This document shows positions 1 through 8,808 of a stretch of DNA of 11,999 bases, one piece after another (position 1 is the stretch's first letter; each line of letters opens with the position of its first letter). The DNA lies in the NCBI GenBank assembly GCA_050309605.1, contig JBNRMN010000016.1:1-11999 (forward strand), given 5' to 3'. Position numbers and translations under genes: made by a program. Origin of the DNA: Anaerohalosphaeraceae bacterium. GTDB taxonomy: Bacteria; Planctomycetota; Phycisphaerae; Sedimentisphaerales; Anaerohalosphaeraceae. Under the pieces are notes generated by a model. It ran no database searches, was not told the origin of the DNA, and worked only from the letters and a program-made list of their open reading frames with translations.

Positions 1-114
1 ACGCTCAAACAACGCGGATTAAACCCCGTGAATACAGTAAAAGAGGCGCTGAAAATCTATCTCAAAACCGGCCAGCTGCCGGCATTGAAAGAGTTCACTG
101 CTTCAAATGGCTAA
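1..114 (+). CDS. C-terminal end of an IS66-family transposase (partial, runs off the left edge)
   Basis: Frame 1 reads TLKQRGLNPVNTVKEALKIYLKTGQLPALKEFTASNG*, with TAA at 112-114. The TLKQRGxNP...AL..YL.TG.LP pattern resembles the C-terminus of single-ORF (ISBst12-like) IS66 transposases. Recognised from memory, no search run. Confidence 0.7.
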   Translation, partial: TLKQRGLNPVNTVKEALKIYLKTGQLPALKEFTASNG

Positions 115-122
115 AATCTTAC
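1..122 (+). mobile_element. Right end of an IS66-family insertion sequence
   Basis: The transposase stop lies inside GGCTAAAATCTTAC (109-122). Its reverse complement GTAAGATTTTAGCC begins with GTAA, the typical IS66 terminus. The predicted 8-bp target duplication would be GATAATCC (123-130). The other end is outside the window. Confidence 0.7.
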
Positions 123-241
123 GATAATCCACAAAACGCTCAATCCAAGCCCGCTCCAGTACCACCCCCAGTTTACTCAAAACACACGTGTCATTGACGC
201 CGGGGAGCCGCCGGGGGTGATTTTTCTCTGAAAATTTCCTC

Positions 242-272
242 TTGACAAATGGCGGATTTTGGTGTATATACT
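242..272 (+). promoter_or_regulatory. sigma70-type promoter of tRNA-Val
   Basis: Perfect -35 TTGACA (242-247). TATATA lies at 17-bp spacing (265-270) and an overlapping TATACT at 267-272, about 27 bp upstream of the tRNA. Confidence 0.7.
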
Positions 273-298
273 TTTTTTCTAATGACTTAGGTCATTTA

Positions 299-372
299 GG
301 GCGTTTAGCTCAGTTGGCTAGAGCACCAGCTCGACAAGCTGGGGGTCACTGGTTCAAGTCCAGTAACGCCCA
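299..372 (+). tRNA. tRNA-Val(GAC), CCA not encoded
   Basis: Full cloverleaf. Acceptor GGGCGTT/AACGCCC plus discriminator A372. D arm GCTC/GAGC. Anticodon stem CCAGC/GCTGG with loop TC-GAC-AA (anticodon 333-335). T arm ACTGG-TTCAAGT-CCAGT. Confidence 0.97.
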
Positions 373-776
373 ATTTTTTTCTTGTTTTTGCAAGATTTCC
401 CTCCTTGGGGGTAATACAACATTTTGGATAGTATGCGCAGCTTCTGCACCGGCTTGGGCCAAAGCTCGAAACGTCGTTTTTAATAACTCACTTGAGTTGG
501 GTTTCTCAGGCAACCCAGTCCTTCTGGTTGTTTTCCGAAAGCAGCGGGATTGACTTAATAGAGGATTCGCCCTTTGCGGCGAGCTATTTGATGGCTTTTT
601 TAGAAAACTGTAAAGTCTTTCTTAGACTACAGTTACGTCAAAACAGACCCGGTTTTCGATCAGTTTCAGTAAATGAGAGGCCGTCAGGTGCGGCAAAAAG
701 AGGGTAAACAATGACCTGATTATGGGCTGATCATTCGTGTGCGAAATCCCCCTGCTGTTGAACCACACCCTGCCTC

Positions 777-817
777 AAAAAAAAGGTCGGCCACGGCCCG
801 TCGGCGTATGACCAACC
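777..817 (-). terminator. Putative intrinsic terminator (minus strand)
   Basis: Minus strand GGTTGGTCAT...GTGGCCGACC forms a 10-bp stem with G-U pairs that work only on this strand. It is followed directly by T8 (A-run 777-784 on plus) and lies downstream of the 911-1210 gene. Confidence 0.6.
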
Positions 818-869
818 CTTTTCGCGAAAGTTGTGCCCCTCATACCGGACCACATCTGCCGCATTCGAT

Positions 870-900
870 ACCGAAAACAGGCGAAAACGCTGTTTCCGGC
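870..900 (-). other. Stem-loop just after the stop of the small hypothetical gene
   Basis: Minus strand GCCGGAAACAG-N9-CTGTTTTCGGT gives an 11-bp stem with G-U pairs, 10 nt after the stop codon. There is no U tract. Confidence 0.45.
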
Positions 901-910
901 GACAGGGCTG

Positions 911-1210
911 CTATTGCCCGTGTGTTTGTCGTCGCTGGTCGATTTGAGCCTTAACGGCTCGCATGCCTTTGACGGCGTGTTCCTCGGCGAAACGTATCAC
1001 TTTGTCCATCCCCGCACGCATTGCCGCCGCGCGATCTTGTGAGCTTGCGCCGGATTCATTGTTCCATTGGTTTGACCAGGCAACACGCTCGCTGATCTCC
1101 CTGTCTTTGGGGACCTGTGCAGGCGAAGGCGCCAACACATACACCGCCGTAATAAACCCTGCACCATACAGGACTATAGATGTCAACAATTTGGTTCGCC
1201 AATGGCCCAT
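911..1210 (-). CDS. Hypothetical protein, 99 aa, N-terminal membrane anchor or signal
   Basis: The start is revised from the track's 1387 to ATG 1210 (MGHWRTKLL...), which follows a Shine-Dalgarno-like GGAGAGG. A hydrophobic stretch LLTSIVLYGAGFITAVYVLA precedes a polar, probably helical C-terminus. Confidence 0.7.
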   Translation of the reverse strand: MGHWRTKLLTSIVLYGAGFITAVYVLAPSPAQVPKDREISERVAWSNQWNNESGASSQDRAAAMRAGMDKVIRFAEEHAVKGMRAVKAQIDQRRQTHGQ

Positions 1211-1411
1211 AGTGTCCTCTCCCGCGGAAAACATCGATTGACTGCCACACACGGAAACGACCGAAATCGTCTCCTTACCTCTAAAACATATATTATAAAC
1301 CCCGACCGGGCAAATCATATGCGCTAAAATGTGTAGTTTCTTTGTATTGGTCGGGCTTGTCAGATAAATGAATCGCAGATTGAGCAAAGGATGCTATGGC
1401 TTCAGCAGACG

Positions 1412-2005
1412 TTAGACCGCCAGTTTTCGACCGGCGGCCCGGGGGCAGCGTTTGCCGCTGTCATTGAGGGGGGAATCCGGAGTGAGGGCGGCCGTGCCGA
1501 TGTAAAGTTTTTTGATCCGTCCAACGCCGAAACATTGTGCACAGGCCTTCAGTACACCGAAGACATGACGAAAGGCAATCCGTCCAATGAACGCAGGACA
1601 GGCACTGGACGTAATTAAAAGCGCCTTTTTACGTCCCTTTTTCAGCCGCATCCTGGGATACGTTCCCCACGGCCAATAGCCATAACAGACCAGCCGTTCG
1701 ATAAACCGCTTCATCAGGGCCGTGACGCTGTAGAAGTTAATCGGCGAGGCGAAGATGTAGGCATCCGCCGCATCAAGCGTATCCAGAATGGTGTTCATAT
1801 CGTCCTGAATCACACACCGGCCACGCTCCGGCCCGGCCGTTTGCGTGCACGCGCGACAGTTGGTGCAAAATTCGATATGCTTGTCCGTCAGTAAAATTTT
1901 CTCGGTTTCAGCGCCCGCCTCACGGGCGCCCGCCAGCGCCTCATCGACGGCGGTATCAATTGTCTTGCCTTTTCGATATGTGCCGACAACGGCAACGACT
2001 TTCAT
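1412..2005 (-). CDS. Flavodoxin-like / iron-sulfur flavoprotein (Isf, NADPH-dependent FMN reductase family)
   Basis: N-terminal FMN phosphate loop (VVGTYRKGKT), Cys cluster CTNCRAC-X10-CVIQDDM and ADAYIFASPINFYSVTALMKRFIERL. RBS AAGGAAAGGA lies upstream of the ATG. Confidence 0.9.
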   Translation of the reverse strand: MKVVAVVGTYRKGKTIDTAVDEALAGAREAGAETEKILLTDKHIEFCTNCRACTQTAGPERGRCVIQDDMNTILDTLDAADAYIFASPINFYSVTALMKRFIERLVCYGYWPWGTYPRMRLKKGRKKALLITSSACPAFIGRIAFRHVFGVLKACAQCFGVGRIKKLYIGTAALTPDSPLNDSGKRCPRAAGRKLAV

Positions 2006-2020
2006 TGTATCCTTTCCTTG

Positions 2021-3157
2021 TTACGGCGCTTTGTCAATCTCATCCATCGCGGCGGACAGTTCGCCGCACACCAGCCGAGCCTCATCCACCGTCAAATTGT
2101 TGTGAAAAGGCAGCGCCATTGTCCGCTGGCAGACCGCATCGGTGATCGGAAAATCACCTTCCTTATAGCCGAATTGTTCGACCATAAACGGCTGCAAATG
2201 GGCCGGCGGAAAATAATTGCTGACCTGAATCCCGCGGTCAAGCAGTTTGTGAATCAGGGCATTTCGCTGGGCCATCGTGTACCGTTCATTCAAACGAATA
2301 ACATAGACAAACCAGCTCATCCGCGCATCGACCGGTTCAGTTGGCGTAATGACCCGTTTTTCATCGGCCAGCAGGGCCGCGTATGTTCGAGCCACGGCGG
2401 CGCGTTTTTCGATAAATTCTTCCATCCGTGAAAGCTGGACCAGTCCCAGTGCGCAGTTGATATCGCTGAGCCGATTATTGTATCCCATCCGCTCGTGCGC
2501 CAGCCAGCCGCCACCGCGTCCGCGTCCCTGATTCCGCAACGAACAGCACAGCTCGGCCACGTGCTCATCATCGGTAACAATCATCCCGCCTTCGCCGGTG
2601 GTCATCTGCTTATTCGGGTAAAACGCAAACACACCCACATCCCCGAACGTCCCGGCCATCCGTCCGTGCAGCACAGACCCCAGCGCTTCACAGCAATCCT
2701 CAATCACCCGCAAGCCGTGCTTTTGAGCCACTTGTTCCACCGTATCCATTCCCGCTGGGTTGCCAAATACCTCCACCGGTACAATCGCCTTGGTTTTCGG
2801 CGTGATGGCCTTTTCGATTAGAGTCGGATCGATATTGTAACTGACCGGATCAATATCGGCAAAGACCGGCATTGCGCCCGTCATCAAAATAAAATTGACG
2901 GTTGCAATGAACGTAAACGGCGTGGTAATCACCTCGTCGCCCGGCCCCAATCCCATGGCCTGGGCACAAAGAAACAGTCCGCTGGTGCCGCTGTTGACGG
3001 CAATGGCGTATTTTCGCCCCACATACTCGGCAAAGGCCGTCTCAAATTCCGGCAGCTTGGGTCCCAGCGACAGATTCGGACTGCGCAACACCTCACATAC
3101 CGCATCAATTTCCGCCTCGGTAATATCGGGCCTCGATAAATGGACTCGCATTTCCAT
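2021..3157 (-). CDS. DegT/DnrJ/EryC1/StrS family PLP-dependent aminotransferase
   Basis: Motifs AVNSGTSGL, GPGDEVITTPFTFIAT, IEDCCEALG, FYPNKQMTTGEGG (PLP lysine), GYNNRLSDI and LPFH. An alternative start is ATG 3151. Confidence 0.95.
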   Translation of the reverse strand: MEMRVHLSRPDITEAEIDAVCEVLRSPNLSLGPKLPEFETAFAEYVGRKYAIAVNSGTSGLFLCAQAMGLGPGDEVITTPFTFIATVNFILMTGAMPVFADIDPVSYNIDPTLIEKAITPKTKAIVPVEVFGNPAGMDTVEQVAQKHGLRVIEDCCEALGSVLHGRMAGTFGDVGVFAFYPNKQMTTGEGGMIVTDDEHVAELCCSLRNQGRGRGGGWLAHERMGYNNRLSDINCALGLVQLSRMEEFIEKRAAVARTYAALLADEKRVITPTEPVDARMSWFVYVIRLNERYTMAQRNALIHKLLDRGIQVSNYFPPAHLQPFMVEQFGYKEGDFPITDAVCQRTMALPFHNNLTVDEARLVCGELSAAMDEIDKAP

Positions 3158-3254
3158 ACCATAATCCTGCTGAATTTCGGCAATGTAAAAATAATAATTA
3201 TACGTCCCGATTGTTGGTTTTCCAGAAGATTTGCACTATTTTTGCGACGTGCCG

Positions 3255-3310
3255 AAAAAAACGGACCGCCGGCTTCCAGCCGTCTTTGCCGGCCGGATAC
3301 CGACGGTACC
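3255..3310 (-). terminator. Putative intrinsic terminator of the glycoside hydrolase gene
   Basis: Minus-strand long GC-rich hairpin ACCGTCGGT-A-TCCGGCCG-GCAAAGA-CGGCTGGA-A-GCCGGCGGT followed by CCG and T7, about 40 nt after the stop at 3348. Confidence 0.65.
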
Positions 3311-3347
3311 CCAAATGTGCAAAAAATGGACGATTCAAACGGGTTTA

Positions 3348-6300
3348 CTACTCGTCGAATCGCACCTGTAAAACACCGGCTGACCAGCCCCGCTGCATCC
3401 GGATTTCCAGCCGAACCGCCATGGTGGTCACCTGCGTAAACGCCGTGCGATTGAACATATTCAGTTCGGTTGCGTAGCCGTTGCTGTCGTTAACCGGCTT
3501 CCATTCATCGCCGTCCTTATACAGCAGCCGCCAGGACTGCGGAACCTTGCATTCGCCATGGCCGGTATCGTCCAGCCAATAGACCTCAACGGCTGACAAC
3601 GCGGTCGGCTCGTCAAATTCAAACTGCATCCATTCGGTGGTTCCCTTGCGAGGCCACCAGTGGTAGAACTCATTGTCTTTGTCATGTGAGCTTTTCGGCT
3701 CGATGCCGCTGGTAACCGACCGCGGACGGCCTGACCCGCGCGAAGCGGTAACGCGGCTTTCTGAGGCGATTGTAGGACGCGGCCGGACAAATGCCTCCTC
3801 TTTTCGTGTCGGCAGCCAAACCACCATTTCATTCGGGCCGCGATTGCACCACGTTGAATAGGGAATCGCGGTCACATCCACCGACGATGTCACAACGCGG
3901 TTGTCGCTGTCGTCCAGCCCCACTTCGGAGGCGCGGAACGTCACGACCTGCACACCGCCGAGCAGATTCGAACGAAACTCCGTATGGATAGGTGTTTCCG
4001 GATCCACAATCAAATTTCTGACCTGTTCGGTGGGGCTGTCGGCCGCTTCGATGCAATACACAATCGGGCCGCGTTCCAGCGCAATGCGATGGCGGTTTTC
4101 GACCACATTGTCATGGGCCACGACCCGGCGTACCTCCATCGGAAAGTTCATCTCGATGGTGTCGCCGGCGTTCCACTGTCGCGCCAGCCGCACGTAGCCC
4201 TTATCCGGTTCAAACGATACGGCTCGACCATTGACCCGTATCGTCGGTTTTGTGTCCAGTGTATCCCTGTAGCGATACAAATCGCCCGGCACGGGCTGAT
4301 TCATCGCCCAGCCCGGAATGCGAAGCGCCAGCGTGAAGGGGGCGCTCGTTTCGGGGGTGACGGTCAGCTTCACGTGCCCCTCCCAGGGGTACCGGGTTTG
4401 CTGTTCGATCTTGACGACATTGTCGGCCAGTTGCACTGTGCCCTGTCCGCCGACATACAAATTGACATAAAGGGCGTTGTCCCGTGTGGCATAAACGTAG
4501 CCGGGCACGGAGGCCAGAAACCGTGCGATATTGCCCGGACAACAGGCACAACCGAACCACGCCTGCCGGCGATGCTGGCCGCGGGATTCGAGCGGATTGG
4601 GATAAAAGAATAACGTCCCATCCAGCGACACGCCTGAAATCAGGCCGTTGTAGAGCGTCCGTTCCATCACATCGATGTACTTGCCGTCGCCATGCAGCAA
4701 AAACATCCGATGATTCCAATACACATTGCCAATGGCCGCACACGTTTCGGCATACGCACTCATATTCGGCAGGACGTAATTCGGGCCGAAGGCCTCGCCG
4801 CTGGAGGTCGCACCGATTCCGCCGGTAAGATACAGCTTTTTGGTGACCATATTGTTCCAAATGCGTTCCATCGCCTGAATGTACGCCTGATCGCCGGTCA
4901 GCGCCGCCACATCGGCCATACCCGAATACATATACGTTGCGCGGACGGCATGGCCGACCGCTTCATCCTGATCGACCACCTTTTGATGTGCCTGACTATA
5001 TTGACCATCGTTGGGGCCGCGCGTGTCCAGGAAAAATTTGGCAAGATTCAGATATTTCTCTTCACCGGTCACCCGATACAGCCGAACCAGTGCCATCTCA
5101 ATAATCTGATGGCCCGGGGCGTCTTCATTTTTGCCCGGCCCGAAGGTTTCGCACAGCAATTCGGCGTTCTTGGTCGCCACATTCAGCAGCGTCCGCTTGC
5201 CGGTGGCTTGATAATGGGCCACCGCTGCTTCATACAAATGCCCCATATTATACAGCTCATGGCTGAGCCGTTTGACGTAGATCCATCGCCGCGGGCCGGC
5301 CCACTCGTGCGGATCTTCAGGGTTGATCGTACGGGTGGTGAAAAGATAGCCGTCCGGCTCCTGCGCCGAGGCAATCAAGTCAATGACCTGATCGAGATAA
5401 GTATCCATTTTCGGATCATACTTGACGGCCAGACCGTAAGCGGCGCCTTCCAGCACCTTATAGGGGTCGGTATCGTCAAACGACAGTCCGGGCGGGGAAC
5501 GATCTTCCAGTTCTTCACCGCGAAGCACCTTGGCCGCACGCTCGAAATGATAAAATCGTTTGGTTTCTTCGCATTTCTCAAACGCATGAGGAATCGTCAC
5601 TGTCCGGTTGATTTCCACACGCGGCGCCCAGAATTCGTCATCAAAATGAACGTTCGTAAAATCCACCGGCGAATAGGGGTAATCCCGCTCCAGGCGGAGC
5701 GTTTGTTTTTCGCCGCCTGGGAGATTGCGTTTGATGATTCGCACGTCAAAAACGCCGCCTGCATAACTGTTTGGATGCGACTGAAACCGTATCCTCACTT
5801 TGTCTTTGCCTTGGGTCAGTTCTTCCGGGATCGAATACGTTACATCAAAGAATTCATTCGGCTTGTTGCGATCCAGCACCTGGGTGGCGATTTTTTCTCC
5901 GTCCACCAGAACATCAAAGGTTCTCCGGCCGCGCTCCGACCCCCAGTACGTTGCAATCAAATCCACCGGTTCATCGGGCAATACCGTCATATCAAACTCA
6001 AACCATCCGTTGTAGGCGTCGCGCCACATTCGTCCGCTGAATGTGCCGACATTGGTTCGTTCGCCGGTCAGATTGTGGTCGCGTTCCGGCTGCATTTGCC
6101 CCAGGCGCAACATGTCCACGCTCATGGCCTCAAGCTGTCGAATACGTTCCTGCTCGGCGGCGAATTCGGCTTGTTTATCGGCCCAGGCCTGCGGCGTGAA
6201 GACATCCATATACACCGTGTAGGGTTCATCGGCGATGGCATAATGAGCTGTCAGCTTCAGCGGCGTTGTCTGCCACCCGTCGGGACCGCGCTGATAGGCC

Positions 6301-8083
6301 GTCGTTTCCGAGATAAATTCGAGCGGAGAAGTCTGCTTAAAGGCCTTCAAAAGGGCGCTGGTCTCTTCGGCCACCAGCAAAGGAGGCTGCTGCCTGTCGT
6401 TCAACGGAGCCGACAACAGAGTCGGGCCATATAAAAAGGCCGTTCGATTCGGCATATCCGGCAGGGTTGACGTATGCAGCTTCATCGGGCATGTTAATTC
6501 AATCGTGTCGCCGTCCTCAAAAGTGCGTCTTAGCGTCAGCCAGCCGTCCTGATCGACGGCGGCGTTTGTCGGCCGACCGTTCAGCGTTACTTTGACGCCG
6601 TCGGCCCAATACGGCTTTCGTATTTTCAACACAAGACGCTGAGGCTGTATGCACTCAAAAGACAGCGCGACCTGTTCATGGGTGGGCAATTGGCTTTGCT
6701 GGGTGAGCGTGATGCCTTTGTCTTTCCAGTTCAGAACCGATGAAATAAACAGATTGACATACAGCGTGTCGCCGGCATGGGCGTAAATGGTATCGGCGTA
6801 TTTGGCGTGATTTTCCATACCGGTACCCACACAGCACCAGAATGAGCGGGTCGGATGGCTGAATCCTTTTCGGGCGGGCATATCCAAAAAGCCTTTATAC
6901 ACCAGCCGGCCGCCCTGTTCGGGATGTTGATGCGCCAGAATGTGATTGAGCAGCGCCCGCTCATAATAATCCATATAAGCCGCTTTGGGCTGCCAGGCAA
7001 ACAAATGGCGCGTCAGCTTCAGCATATTGTAGGTGTTGCATGCTTCGGTTGTGTGATGCATCCGCTCAGCCAAATGATCGGGTCTGCCGAAATACTCTTC
7101 GGCGCTGTTGCCACCGTTGGCATAGGTGTAATGGTTGGTTACCGTTGTCCAGAAGAAATCGGAAATCGTCTGATAGCGTTCCTTGCCGGTCAGTTCGTAC
7201 AGCCGCGCGGTGCCGATGACCTTGGGAACCTGGGTATTGGCGTGCAGACCGGTCAGACTGTTTTGTCGCTCGCTGAGCGGATCGAGCACCGATTTGTGAT
7301 AAAATTTCTCGGCCAGTGCCAGATAACGTTCCCTGCCGGTCATGGCGTACAGGTCAGCGAACGTTTCGTTGATGCCGCCGTGTTCGCAGGCCAGCATCTG
7401 CTGCCACTGCGATTCATTCAGGCCCGCCAGCAATTCATCAATCCAGTCGGCATGGCGAATCCACACCTCAAGCGCCTTTTGACTGCCGGTATAAAAATAA
7501 ATATCGCGCAATCCGGCCATCAGTTTGTGCTGGGTGTACCACGGCACCCAGATGCCGTTCAGATCAAAGCCGCGGGAGCGAATTTCTCCGCGCGACACTT
7601 CTTCAAAGGCTCGTTTGCCGTTGGGAAAAGCGGACATATAACCGCTGCCGTGTGCGTCCTGGACAAGGGCCAGCTCATCGACGATATAATCAAGTTTTTG
7701 CTTGAACTCATCGCGTCCGGTATGGCCGTACATCATCGCACAAGCCGACATATAGTGCCCCAGACTGTGGCCGGCAATTGTTTCACGTTCCCAGCCGCCG
7801 TAAACTTCGCCTTTCGGCTCCAGTCCGGCTTCTTTTCGGAACCACGCCAGAAAACGATCCGGTTCCAGCGACAGCAGCCACTCAGCGTTGAGTTCCATGG
7901 CCGTTTTGAAGGGGCCTTCCAGCAGCCGAACATCGCCCAATCGGAACGGGCGGGCCTGTATCGCCGCCTGAGGCTCAACCCTGGCAGGAAAGTCCATCGT
8001 CAGTGCATCCGCTAAAAGAGGTGAAAACTGAAAAAAAACAAGACAAACACGGCATAAATACAGACCTTTGAGGCACGCATCAT
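3348..8083 (-). CDS. Tandem beta-L-arabinofuranosidase-like glycoside hydrolase: GH146-like module + GH127-like module + C-terminal discoidin/F5-8-like domain. The probable true start (ATG 8083) is out of frame at a T8 tract.
   Basis: Module 1 (about 8010-5725) has CEHGGINE, HANTQVPK, TEACNTYNMLKL and SFWCCVGTGMEN. Module 2 (about 5685-3780) has HELYNMGHL, GHAVRA, GEAF, AETCAAIG and CACCPGN. The tail reads W.P..GTTEWMQFEF...VEVYWLDD. The ORF track starts at TTG 8108, but the strong RBS points to ATG 8083 in another frame. Confidence 0.9.
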
Positions 8084-8232
8084 CGACCAGTCTCCTTTCT
8101 CGTTTCAAGGAATCCTTTATTCTCTATTCGATAAATTTAAAGACGATTTCCGAATCTCCGGCCATCCTCTTAAAGAGGTTCAAGAAAATCAAAAGAAATG
8201 GACAGTTTTTTTGAAAAAATTTAAAAAAATTG

Positions 8233-8261
8233 TTGCAAAGTTAGTTGAGCCTAATTATCTT
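8233..8261 (+). promoter_or_regulatory. sigma70-type promoter of the dtxR-feo cluster
   Basis: TTGCAA (8233-8238), 17 bp spacer, TATCTT (8256-8261), preceded by an A/T-rich UP-like tract. Confidence 0.6.
8238..8257. promoter_or_regulatory. DtxR/MntR-family operator 1 (autoregulatory)
   Basis: AAGTTAGTTGAGCCTAATTA contains a TTAG-N6-CTAA core typical of DtxR-family boxes. It fills the promoter spacer and matches the palindrome at 9075-9094. Confidence 0.75.
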
Positions 8262-8277
8262 AGACAGAACTTAAACT

Positions 8278-8763
8278 ATGAGTCTATACAATAAACAATT
8301 GAGTGCCTCCCTTGAGGACTATCTGGAGGCGATATTTGTTCTTTCGCAGACAGGCAGGGTTGCCCGCAGCAAAGACATTGCCGAGCATTTGCAGGTGGCG
8401 CCGTCATCGGTCACCGGCGCGCTGAAAATGCTGGCCGAGCGGCAATTGATTCACTATAAACCCTATGGCTATGTTGCCCTGACCGACAGAGGCCGTCAAA
8501 TGGCCGGGCGTATTGTTCGACGGCATGAGGCGCTGGAATCATTTTTTTGCGATGTCCTTGGGGTAGATCCGGTTACCGCACAGCGTTCGGCCTGTTTGGC
8601 CGAACACGCCATCAGTTCGGAAATCGCATCACGTCTGATGCTGTATCTGGAGTTTCTGTCATCGGAAAAACAGTCCGGCAGAGATGTACCGCGGGCTTTT
8701 CAGGGGTATTGCCGACAAACGGAAATCCGGAGTCAGGGTGTCCCAAACACCGGTCATAAGTGA
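8278..8763 (+). CDS. DtxR/MntR family metal-dependent transcriptional regulator (short form, no SH3/FeoA domain)
   Basis: SLEDYLEAI, HTH ARSKDIAEHLQVAPSSVTGALKML, LTDRG, RRHEALE and the metal-site motif ACLAEH. Confidence 0.95.
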   Translation: MSLYNKQLSASLEDYLEAIFVLSQTGRVARSKDIAEHLQVAPSSVTGALKMLAERQLIHYKPYGYVALTDRGRQMAGRIVRRHEALESFFCDVLGVDPVTAQRSACLAEHAISSEIASRLMLYLEFLSSEKQSGRDVPRAFQGYCRQTEIRSQGVPNTGHK

Positions 8764-8808
8764 GATATGATGTTCAGTGATGATGTTTATTGCGTCAAGG
8801 ATTCAATA

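Noticed and set aside
123..194. Minus-strand ATG with a hydrophobic run (WGWYWSGLGLSVLWII) running into the IS66 end, a possible interrupted gene
   Set aside because: It has an in-frame TGA at codon 6 and no RBS, and is too short to support.
299..372. tRNA as an integration site for a genomic island
   Set aside because: I found no integrase and no duplicated tRNA 3' end in the window.
242..553. 103-aa ORF starting at TTG 242
   Set aside because: It overlaps the tRNA, and its start codon is the -35 box.
643..668. ACAGACCCGGTTTTCGATCAGTTTC resembles the 3' end of RNase P RNA
   Set aside because: The essential GAGGAAAGTCC element and an upstream P1 partner are missing, so this is treated as coincidence.
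406..752. GGGGG...CCCCC ends about 345 nt apart, tmRNA-sized
   Set aside because: There is no T-arm (GGTTCGA), no proper Ala acceptor stem and no tag reading frame.
4692..8015. Long plus-strand ORFs 4692..6434 (580 aa) and 6855..8015 (386 aa), also 3984..4613
   Set aside because: They are antisense shadows of the glycosidase gene, expected from codon bias in GC-rich coding DNA, and have no recognisable motifs.
8166..8178. Palindrome CCTCTT-A-AAGAGG upstream of the glycosidase
   Set aside because: A single short occurrence with no cognate regulator or second copy cannot be distinguished from chance.
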